Positions 15,758 through 22,084 of a stretch of 35,727 bases of DNA are shown here, one piece after another; position 1 is the stretch's first letter; each line of letters begins with the position of its first letter. The position numbers were made by a program, and so were the translations under genes. The notes under the pieces are model-generated. The model was given only the letters and a program-made list of their open reading frames with translations, was not told where the DNA came from and ran no database searches. Origin of the DNA: a virus. The stretch is taken from IMG/VR virus record IMGVR_UViG_3300046475_000289; one strand, written 5' to 3'.

Positions 15758-15779
15758 GGGTGGGCATTGGTGCCCACCC
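15758..15779 (-). terminator. 9-bp perfect palindrome GGGTGGGCA-TTGG-TGCCCACCC (hairpin terminator, operator, or alternative attP core)
   Basis: Perfect arms at 15758-15766 and 15771-15779; on the minus strand it is followed by TTTCGAGC. Confidence 0.4.
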
Positions 15780-15857
15780 ATGCCCTTGACCTGCGCTTAT
15801 GTCGCCGATTTCCACAGCCTGTGGGCACGCCTTCGAATCCAAGGTTGGGTGCAAAAC

Positions 15858-15889
15858 GGCCCCGGCCGGATCGGCGTCCGGCCGGGGCC
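15858..15889 (-). terminator. Rho-independent terminator of the micro-ORF operon
   Basis: ggccccggccgga (15858-15870) pairs with tccggccggggcc (15877-15889), 6-nt loop, followed on the minus strand by GTTTTGC. Confidence 0.7.
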
Positions 15890-15934
15890 TGGTCCCGCCC
15901 GCCCCCAATGGGCACGGGGTACGGGGCGGGCGGT

Positions 15935-16075
15935 CTACCAGCTCTTGCGGCTGTACGCGTGCCAGTGCCTACCGCTGTGCCCGAACGGCAGGGTGCAGTG
16001 GTACCGGCCGCCCTGCCATTCGTTCCAGCAGTAGCCGCCGAGCCCGCGCTTACGAGGGAGGGACGAAAGGCTCAT
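15935..16075 (-). CDS. Cys/His/Trp-rich micro-protein X3 (46 aa)
   Basis: ATG at 16075 preceded by GCGAGGAGGCCTCG (strong RBS); MSLSSLPRKRGLGGYCWNEWQGGRYHCTLPFGHSGRHWHAYSRKSW; 41 of 46 codons end in G/C by hand count; ATGA overlap with X2. Confidence 0.65.
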   Translation of the reverse strand: MSLSSLPRKRGLGGYCWNEWQGGRYHCTLPFGHSGRHWHAYSRKSW

Positions 16076-16251
16076 CGAGGCCTCCTCGCGCAGGCGCTGC
16101 GACGGGACGCGGCGCGCCACTGTCGGCGCAGCGCTCCGGCCCGCGGGCACTCCCGTTCCGGAACCGTCCGGCACGAGGTGCAGGTCGAGCAGTGGGTGAG
16201 TAGCGCCCGGTACTCCACGGGCGCGAGTGGCTGTACGGATCGGGCGCTCAC
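16072..16251 (-). CDS. Cys-rich basic micro-protein X2 (59 aa)
   Basis: GTG at 16251 overlaps the X1 stop (GTGA); VSARSVQPLAPVEYRALLTHCSTCTSCRTVPERECPRAGALRRQWRAASRRSACARRPR; only the last 59 codons of track ORF 16072..16806 are taken as coding. Codon-position GC is ambiguous here. Confidence 0.4.
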   Translation of the reverse strand: MSARSVQPLAPVEYRALLTHCSTCTSCRTVPERECPRAGALRRQWRAASRRSACARRPR

Positions 16252-16424
16252 GGCCGGACCGCCTGGCGGAGCGGGAGGAGGTGGCGCTGCTCCCGGCACG
16301 GGGCGCACGCGCTGCCGCCCTCGACCGGGGCGGCGGTACCGGACGGGCCTCGGTGCCAGTCGCACCATCCGGTGTCCGGTGTCTGGTCTGTGCTGCGGGG
16401 CGGGGTATGCGTATCGTCGGTCAC
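16248..16424 (-). CDS. Cys-containing micro-protein X1 (58 aa), below the ORF-track length cutoff
   Basis: GTG at 16424 preceded by GGATGGAGTCGAC; hand translation VTDDTHTPPRSTDQTPDTGWCDWHRGPSGTAAPVEGGSACAPCREQRHLLPLRQAVRP, stop TGA at 16248-16250; high third-position GC. Confidence 0.5.
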   Translation of the reverse strand: MTDDTHTPPRSTDQTPDTGWCDWHRGPSGTAAPVEGGSACAPCREQRHLLPLRQAVRP

Positions 16425-16497
16425 GTCGACTCCATCCAGTCGGCCGAGCCCGGGGTCGGTGACACGGCCGCCGGGGTTTTCTGTGTTCGCAGCGTAG

Positions 16498-16521
16498 CCC
16501 TAGGTAGCTAGGGTAGCTAGG
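16498..16521. promoter_or_regulatory. CTAG-rich operator-like element in the divergent X1 / GntR-like intergenic region
   Basis: CCCTAG-GTAG-CTAGGG near-palindrome (16498-16513, 14 of 16 symmetric) overlapping the tandem 9-mers GGTAGCTAG GGTAGCTAG (16503-16520); a fourth CTAG lies at 16563-16566. Confidence 0.5.
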
Positions 16522-16576
16522 CGTGTCAGGCAATCTCGTCTCGCCGGGTAGGCCTGTCCTGCCTAGCGTCGAGATC

Positions 16577-16813
16577 ATGGACTGGAAGCCGGACATCCCG
16601 CGGTGGCGACAGGTGTACGAGGTGATCGAGGCGCGGATCGCGGACGGAACGTATCCGCCGGGCGAGCAGCTGCCGGGCGTGCTGGCCCTGCACGGCGAGT
16701 TCGGGATCGCGCAGATGACCGCCCGCCGGGTGCTCTCCGAGCTGAGGGACGCGGGCCTCGCACAGATGCAGCCGGGCATCGGCACGTTCGTCACCGAGCT
16801 GCCCAAGCCGTAA
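16577..16813 (+). CDS. Stand-alone GntR-type winged-HTH protein (78 aa, no effector domain)
   Basis: RQVYEVIEARIADGTYPPGEQLPGVLALHGEFGIAQMTARRVLSELRDAGLAQMQPGIGTFV fits the GntR N-terminal domain pattern; alternative GTG start at 16523. Confidence 0.75.
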   Translation: MDWKPDIPRWRQVYEVIEARIADGTYPPGEQLPGVLALHGEFGIAQMTARRVLSELRDAGLAQMQPGIGTFVTELPKP

Positions 16814-16814
16814 G

Positions 16815-16838
16815 GGGGTACTCACTGACGAGTACCCC
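16815..16838 (+). terminator. 9-bp hairpin directly after the GntR-like stop
   Basis: ggggtactc (16815-16823) pairs with gagtacccc (16830-16838); 6-nt loop. Confidence 0.45.
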
Positions 16839-16851
16839 TGGACGCACGAAA

Positions 16852-16883
16852 GCGGCCCCGCCCTCCGAAGAGGGCGGGGCCGC
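16852..16883. terminator. Bidirectional terminator between the convergent late operon and the GntR-like gene
   Basis: gcggccccgccctc (16852-16865) pairs with gagggcggggccgc (16870-16883), CGAA tetraloop; on the minus strand it is followed by TTTCGTG, immediately after the stop at 16886. Confidence 0.75.
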
Positions 16884-16885
16884 GG

Positions 16886-17152
16886 TCATCGTGCGAAGAG
16901 GGCGACGGCGCCGGTCGCCGCGCCAGCGACACCGGCGAGGACGCCGATGGTGGGCAGTGGCCATCGGGCTTTTTCCAGCGTGCGGATGCGGGCCTCGTGG
17001 TCAGCGACGTCCTTGCCGACGTCGTTGAGACCCTGCCCGATGCCATCGAGCTTGGTCTCCACCCGGGTCAGGCCATCGCTCAGGGATCTCAGCTCCTGGT
17101 ACATCTGCGTGTTGCTGATGTAGACGCCCGGGTCCGGGACCGGGGCGCCCAT
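16886..17152 (-). CDS. Tail-anchored coiled-coil membrane protein (88 aa), lysis-cassette accessory (holin/spanin-like role possible)
   Basis: Coiled-coil-like N-terminus and C-terminal TM WPLPTIGVLAGVAGAATGAVALFA; last gene of the late operon. Confidence 0.6.
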   Translation of the reverse strand: MGAPVPDPGVYISNTQMYQELRSLSDGLTRVETKLDGIGQGLNDVGKDVADHEARIRTLEKARWPLPTIGVLAGVAGAATGAVALFAR

Positions 17153-17334
17153 CAGACGCCCGTGGTCTGCCGGTTGGGCACCGCCCAGGTGATGCCCCAG
17201 GCGGCGAGGATGGCGAGCGCGATGGTCACGCCCTCCCCGGTGGTGAGCGTCCCGTCCTGCATGGCGGTGACGGCGACGGAGGCGCCGGCCGCGAGCCCGG
17301 CGACGAGGGACTTGGCGATGCTGGAGATCTTCAT
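17152..17334 (-). CDS. Holin-like small membrane protein (60 aa, two TM segments)
   Basis: ATG at 17334 preceded by GTGAGGACCAGC; MKISSIAKSLVAGLAAGASVAVTAMQDGTLTTGEGVTIALAILAAWGITWAVPNRQTTGV; directly downstream of the endolysin. Confidence 0.6.
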   Translation of the reverse strand: MKISSIAKSLVAGLAAGASVAVTAMQDGTLTTGEGVTIALAILAAWGITWAVPNRQTTGV

Positions 17335-17342
17335 GCTGGTCC

Positions 17343-18110
17343 TCACTTCGTTTCGAGCGCGGTGACGCGCTTCTCCAGGGCGGTGAGCCGCTGGTCGGTG
17401 GTGAGTGGCGGCGTCGGTATCGGGCCCGGGATCGGGGCGGGGAGAGTGACCGGCTTCGACCACGAAGCCGGGTGCGTCAGCCGCTCGGCGACGTCCGCCC
17501 GGAACTGCGTGCCCGTGTAGGCGAATTTGCCGCGGGTGCCGTATCCCTCAACCGGGCCGAGCGGGTCGACCTTGCACTCGATCGAGGTCTCCTTGTGGCA
17601 GCCGCACGACTCCGCCGACCAGCCGTACTCCCGGCAGAACGCGGCGTTGATCCGCACCCACGCGTCGTACTGCGCCCGCGTGTAGACGTCGCTGCCGTTG
17701 CCGAGGTTCTCCGTCTCGATGCCGTAGGCCACGTCGTTGCCGTCGATCGTGCCCGAGCTCTTGGCCGGAGCCGGGTGCGTGGACTCCTCGTCGAGGAACG
17801 ACTCGTAGGCGTTGCGCGCCATCAGCCCAGCGTGGTTCGCCCGGCCCGCACTGCACAGCGTGGCCAGCCCGGACTTCGCCAGGTGGATGTGAGCGAGCGG
17901 GCCGGGCAGTCCGGCGACGCCGTCCTTGGCGACGACCGCGAGCGAGTCGCGGCCTGCCGTGTGGTGGTTGAGGACCATGTGGACCGGGCCGAACGTCTTG
18001 CCGGTCTCGTCGTCCCGTCCGCGGGTGCGCCAGCCCGGGTACTCGGCGACCTTGACGCCCTCGGACTTGAGTATCGCGAGCAGCCGGTCCGGTGTCAGTG
18101 GTGCGGCCAT
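17343..18110 (-). CDS. Endolysin, N-acetylmuramoyl-L-alanine amidase (Amidase_2/PGRP-type)
   Basis: VLNHHTAG, GRANHAG, YGIETEN and CHKETSIECKVDP motifs; Pro-rich linker and short C-terminal coiled coil. Confidence 0.85.
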   Translation of the reverse strand: MAAPLTPDRLLAILKSEGVKVAEYPGWRTRGRDDETGKTFGPVHMVLNHHTAGRDSLAVVAKDGVAGLPGPLAHIHLAKSGLATLCSAGRANHAGLMARNAYESFLDEESTHPAPAKSSGTIDGNDVAYGIETENLGNGSDVYTRAQYDAWVRINAAFCREYGWSAESCGCHKETSIECKVDPLGPVEGYGTRGKFAYTGTQFRADVAERLTHPASWSKPVTLPAPIPGPIPTPPLTTDQRLTALEKRVTALETK

Positions 18111-18113
18111 GGG

Positions 18114-18596
18114 TCAGGGCTCCTCTACGGGGTGGATGGCGAGCTTGAACTCGGCGAGGGTGACCCGCCTCGAGGACGTCGCGTCGTGCGCGACGAGGAG
18201 GGCGAGGGGGACGTCGGGCCGGACGAAGAGCTGGTGGTGCTTGGTGAAGCACTGGATCCCCGGGCTCGGCGCCCGGTGGTCGGTGGCCGTGGAGTCGTAG
18301 TCGCCGAGCGGGTCGCGGACGAACCGGTCGCGGACCTCGGTGTAGTTCCCGGCCTCCCAGTAGATGAGGGAGGTGAGGACACCCCAGCCCGCGACGGCCG
18401 GCCAGATCAGCCCCGACCGCTCGTCGGTCTTCCAGTTGGTGACGTTGGCGCCGTCGGGCTGGGTGGGCTGGTGCATGCCCCAGGGGTCGTAGGACTCGGT
18501 GGTGTAGGGGAAGCGGACCAGGTGGTAGCCGTCGGTGGGGACGGACTGCGGGATGTCGACCTTGAGCGACACGATTCGGACGCCGGTCACCGGCAC
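18114..18596 (-). CDS. Hypothetical tail-associated protein (about 160 aa; start may be the GTG at 18590)
   Basis: ORF track; CCGGAGGTGCCGGTG context suggests RBS GGAGG plus the second GTG. Confidence 0.6.
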   Translation of the reverse strand: MPVTGVRIVSLKVDIPQSVPTDGYHLVRFPYTTESYDPWGMHQPTQPDGANVTNWKTDERSGLIWPAVAGWGVLTSLIYWEAGNYTEVRDRFVRDPLGDYDSTATDHRAPSPGIQCFTKHHQLFVRPDVPLALLVAHDATSSRRVTLAEFKLAIHPVEEP

Positions 18597-18653
18597 CTCC
18601 GGAAATGACGAAGCCCCGGCCGGGAGGCTCGGGGCGGACGGTGTGGGGGCGGG

Positions 18654-19187
18654 TCAGCTGGTGGCTTCGTACCGGCCGGCGATGTGCAGGGTCATGCCCG
18701 CGGCCGCGGCCACCGGGTTGGTCTGGTCCCAGAATGTGGAGTCGGGCTGGTTCGTCGAGCCGTTGACGGAACCACCGGCGAGGGCGCGGACGCTGCCGCC
18801 GTTGCTGGTGGAGATTTCGCCGGAGCCGCGCGCCTCGCCTGAGGCGCCGAGGCGGACGGACACGTTCGCCGCGCGGACCGCGCTGAAGGATCCGGCGACT
18901 GTGAAGGGCGGGAGGCCGAACGCCCAGTTCGCGTTGGCGCTGCCGAACGTGGTGGTGCTGCCGACGACGAGCTTGATGAGGAAGTCGACGCTCCTGCCGA
19001 CTTTCAGGTACCGGCCGGTGAGGCTGCCGTTGTTGACCGCTGGGGTGCCGCCGGTCTCGGCGGTCCAGGTGGGTGTGTAGTCCGTCCAGGCGCCGAAGAA
19101 CGACAGGAACTGATCGCGGATCTCCTGGTTCATCAGCGCGGCGGAGACCACCTCTCCGACGACCCAGGTACGTGGCGTGAACGTCAT
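18654..19187 (-). CDS. Minor tail / tail fibre-like protein (177 aa)
   Basis: N-terminus TWVVGEVVSAALMNQEIRDQ is a motif recalled from actinophage minor tail proteins; Gly/Ser/Thr/Asn-rich beta-type C-terminus. Confidence 0.6.
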   Translation of the reverse strand: MTFTPRTWVVGEVVSAALMNQEIRDQFLSFFGAWTDYTPTWTAETGGTPAVNNGSLTGRYLKVGRSVDFLIKLVVGSTTTFGSANANWAFGLPPFTVAGSFSAVRAANVSVRLGASGEARGSGEISTSNGGSVRALAGGSVNGSTNQPDSTFWDQTNPVAAAAGMTLHIAGRYEATS

Positions 19188-19609
19188 GCCAGTTCCTCCT
19201 GCTGTTCAGGCTCCGCGGGCGGGTACGGATTGGCGGGGTCGTCGTCGTTCCACCAGTTCCGCAGGCCGGGCTTGAGCGCCATGAGGCCAGCCTCGACGGC
19301 GGCCGGGTCGGCGGGGAAGACGAGCGTGACCCAGCCCCACTGGCACTCGGTGCACGCGAAGCGGGGGTCGGTGGGCGAGACGACCGCGGCCGACCCGCAG
19401 CTGCTGCAGTCGGCGATCCATCGGTTCTGGTTGATCCGTGCGTAGCCGACCTCGCCCGTATCGCCCTCCGGCGGGACCAGGCGGCGGCTGGTCCGGTACT
19501 CCATCCACCGCCAGACCAGTTCGGCGGCGGGCACGCTGGCCCACGCGTCGGCGGGCTCCCGGGGCGGCGGCGTGTAGTACTTCTCGGCGCGCACCACAGC
19601 GATCGGCAT
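19184..19609 (-). CDS. Hypothetical protein with CxxC...CxxC zinc-ribbon (141 aa)
   Basis: CSSCGSAAVVSPTDPRFACTEC; sits in the tail module. Confidence 0.6.
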   Translation of the reverse strand: MPIAVVRAEKYYTPPPREPADAWASVPAAELVWRWMEYRTSRRLVPPEGDTGEVGYARINQNRWIADCSSCGSAAVVSPTDPRFACTECQWGWVTLVFPADPAAVEAGLMALKPGLRNWWNDDDPANPYPPAEPEQQEELA

Positions 19610-19617
19610 GCGGGCTC

Positions 19618-22080
19618 CTAGTAGGCGAGGCGGGTGGTGGAATCGAGGACGCCGTAGACCGAGTCACCCAGGACCCAGACGCTGTCGGTGGCCGACGCCG
19701 AGGTGTGGAACTGGATGACGTGCGACCGCTCTTTGAGCGTCTCGGTGTAGCCCTCGACGGTGGAGCGGACGCTGGACGCGGAGGCCTGCGAGGGCAGATT
19801 GAACACGGTGAAATAGGAGCTGATCTCGGCGTCGAGGATGTCCAGATAGTTGGACAGCGTGTACGCCTCGATGACCACCTCGCGCAGCTCGGGCGCGGGG
19901 TTGGCGTAGCGGGACACCAGCCAGTACGCGGCATCCAAGACCGAGTTGTCGGAGGTCTTGATGATGTCGAGCGGTTGAGGGTATTCGCCGAACGCCAGGA
20001 TGCTGGCGGGTGCGGTGACCCGCTGGGTGGCGCCGCCCGGTCTGCTGGCTTCGACGGTGTTGACCAGCTTCTGGTCGTCGTCCGCGAAGCGGGTGCCCGG
20101 CTCCAGATCGGCGTAGTCGATCGTGAAAACCTCGCTGCTGGGGTCGGGGTTGTAGCGCAGGTCACGGGACTGGTAGGCCAGCCCGTAGTAGTCGCGCTCC
20201 GCGTACAACTTCCCGGACTCGGTGGACTCGACTTCCCGCATCCGGGCCACCACGCCGGTGCCGCCCGGGCCCTGCGAGGCGATCGCGTCGTGGGTGCTGC
20301 CCAGGATCGTCACCGAGGGGATGCCCGCGTACCGGGCCAGCCTCGCCATCCGGACGTCCGCGTCCTCGCCAGAGAAACCGGTGGTCGCCGCCTGATAGTG
20401 GGACGGCGAGATCGTCGCCCCGATGTTCCCGTTGACCGAAGTCACCGCCACGTGCGCGATCTGCCCGTTGAAAAGCCTCGCGCCCTTGTAGCCGCCGACG
20501 TGCATGGTGCGCAGGCCGACCATGTCGACGACGGACAGCGTGAAGCTGGACGCGACACCGTCCACGTACAACTGCTTGCTGGGGTAGCCGTCGTGGACGA
20601 CGTGGTGCCAGTTCCCGTCATTGAGCGCCGCGCCGCCCGACGTGTACACGGTGAGGCTGCCGCCCGCGTCGGTGTGCTCGATGGTGAGGACACCGCTGGC
20701 GTTCAGCGCGTAGACGATCTGGTGGTCACTGCCGCTGTCGAACATGCCGAGGATTGCTCGGCTGACCGTGGACGTCTTGATCCAGAATTCGGTGGTCTGC
20801 CAGTACGTGGTCGAGTCGGCCGCGAACTGCGAGCCCAGGTCACCGACCAGGTACTTGCCCGCAGAGGCGGACGCCGGTGTGAACGTGACGCTGGTGTCGC
20901 CGGTGTCTGCCAGCCCCTCGGACCCGAACTCCAGCGTGCCGCCGGCACTGACCTGGGTGACCGCGAGGGAGCCGCAGCCGCCACCGGAGATGTCGCCCGC
21001 CGCCGCGGACCCGGCCGGTTCCGTGAGCGGGTAGTAGGCGGACACGAAGTCCGTGACGGACGCGACGTTCTGCGCGAGGATCTCCTGCGCGAGCATGGAC
21101 TTGAGGACCGGCAGCCGGTTGAGCCGCTTGAACAGGTCGGTGCACGTGATGCTGACGGTGCTGACCAACCCCTCCCAGTCGACCGGGAATTCGTTGACCA
21201 TGCCGTAGAAGCGCGGCCGGACGTCGGCGCCGACAAGGTCCCACTCGATGAAGTCGGCGGTCCCGCCGGTGCGGGTCGCGGCGAACTCGACGGCCACGGT
21301 CTGGCTCGTCACCCAGGCCGGCGTCGCCAGCGAACGGCGCACGGTCCAACTGGCGCCGTCGCCGCTGCTCTCCCAGTAGACGGTGCCGCCCGACTCCCGC
21401 ACCCGCAGCCACATGTAGTCAATGGCGGAGTACGCCGTCGACACGGCCGAGCCATCGGAGAACCCGACCTGGTTCTGGCAGGAGATGTTCCCGGAGACCG
21501 GGTTGTACGACCAGCCGATACGGGTGCCGCTGGTGGTGCTGTTGACCCACATCGACGCCGAGCCGGTCGACGAGCCGGACGCGCCCGGCACGGTGACCAG
21601 CTTCGCCGTCAGCTTCGAGGCGGTGAACGTCCACTCGCGGGCGGACTGGTAGCCCGCGGTCGTGCCCACGGGGACCGGCACCCGCATGCGGCCGCCCGTC
21701 TCCGAGGCGCCGCCGTAGTTGTTCGGCCACAGCGCCGTGTTCACGGTCCGGTCGTCGAAGTCGTCGCCCAACATGGCGAGCGCGTAGGGCGCCGATCCGG
21801 TCCGGGTCGGGATGACCGCCTGCGAGATCCGGATCGGCGCGTTCTTCCGCACATACGGGTAGTACGGCGAGCTGCTGTTGCCGGGGGTGAACCGCCCGTC
21901 GAGGTTGTCGAGGCTCAGTGTCGCGGATCCGGGCTGCGTCTCTGACCGTTCGTCGGACGCGCCCCGGGTGATGACGACACCCTGGATGATGCCGTCCACG
22001 TACTGGCTGATGTCCGTCCAGGTGATGGTGGCCGGCAGCTGCACGAGGCCACCCCAGCCCGCCTCTACGAGCAGTGCCAT
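19618..22080 (-). CDS. Large minor tail protein: distal-tail (Dit-like) N-terminus fused to LamG/concanavalin-like domains
   Basis: N-terminus ITWTDISQYVDGIIQGVVITRGASDERSETQPGSATLSLDNLDGRFTP is typical of phage tail family proteins; LamG-like NDGNWHHVVHDGYPSKQLYVDGV...FNGQIAHVAV. ATG at 22080 preferred over the track start 22098. Confidence 0.75.
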   Translation of the reverse strand: MALLVEAGWGGLVQLPATITWTDISQYVDGIIQGVVITRGASDERSETQPGSATLSLDNLDGRFTPGNSSSPYYPYVRKNAPIRISQAVIPTRTGSAPYALAMLGDDFDDRTVNTALWPNNYGGASETGGRMRVPVPVGTTAGYQSAREWTFTASKLTAKLVTVPGASGSSTGSASMWVNSTTSGTRIGWSYNPVSGNISCQNQVGFSDGSAVSTAYSAIDYMWLRVRESGGTVYWESSGDGASWTVRRSLATPAWVTSQTVAVEFAATRTGGTADFIEWDLVGADVRPRFYGMVNEFPVDWEGLVSTVSITCTDLFKRLNRLPVLKSMLAQEILAQNVASVTDFVSAYYPLTEPAGSAAAGDISGGGCGSLAVTQVSAGGTLEFGSEGLADTGDTSVTFTPASASAGKYLVGDLGSQFAADSTTYWQTTEFWIKTSTVSRAILGMFDSGSDHQIVYALNASGVLTIEHTDAGGSLTVYTSGGAALNDGNWHHVVHDGYPSKQLYVDGVASSFTLSVVDMVGLRTMHVGGYKGARLFNGQIAHVAVTSVNGNIGATISPSHYQAATTGFSGEDADVRMARLARYAGIPSVTILGSTHDAIASQGPGGTGVVARMREVESTESGKLYAERDYYGLAYQSRDLRYNPDPSSEVFTIDYADLEPGTRFADDDQKLVNTVEASRPGGATQRVTAPASILAFGEYPQPLDIIKTSDNSVLDAAYWLVSRYANPAPELREVVIEAYTLSNYLDILDAEISSYFTVFNLPSQASASSVRSTVEGYTETLKERSHVIQFHTSASATDSVWVLGDSVYGVLDSTTRLAY

Positions 22081-22084
22081 CTGC

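Noticed and set aside
15935-16174. Full-length 79-aa version of the X3 ORF
   Set aside because: The N-terminal 33 codons overlap X2 out of frame and lack an RBS. The internal ATG at 16075 has a strong GAGGAGG RBS and an ATGA coupling overlap.
16441-16480. Possible plus-strand terminator (GC-rich segment followed by ggggttttctg)
   Set aside because: I found no convincing inverted repeat by hand pairing, and there is no upstream plus-strand gene to terminate.
16072-16806. 244-aa minus-strand ORF running antisense through the GntR-like gene
   Set aside because: Only its last 59 codons (X2) are supported, by a GTGA overlap with X1 and an ATGA overlap with X3. The upstream part is Arg/Pro/Cys junk crossing the CTAG-rich intergenic region and the plus-strand GntR-like gene.
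19438-21945. 835-aa plus-strand ORF antisense to the large tail gene. Similar long antisense or off-frame ORFs include 28191..30113, 31729..33507, 26060..27313, 8392..9951, 17472..18608 and 22065..23336
   Set aside because: Arg/Gly/Pro/Asp-rich junk translations. Each is fully contained within a minus-strand gene that has recognisable phage protein features.
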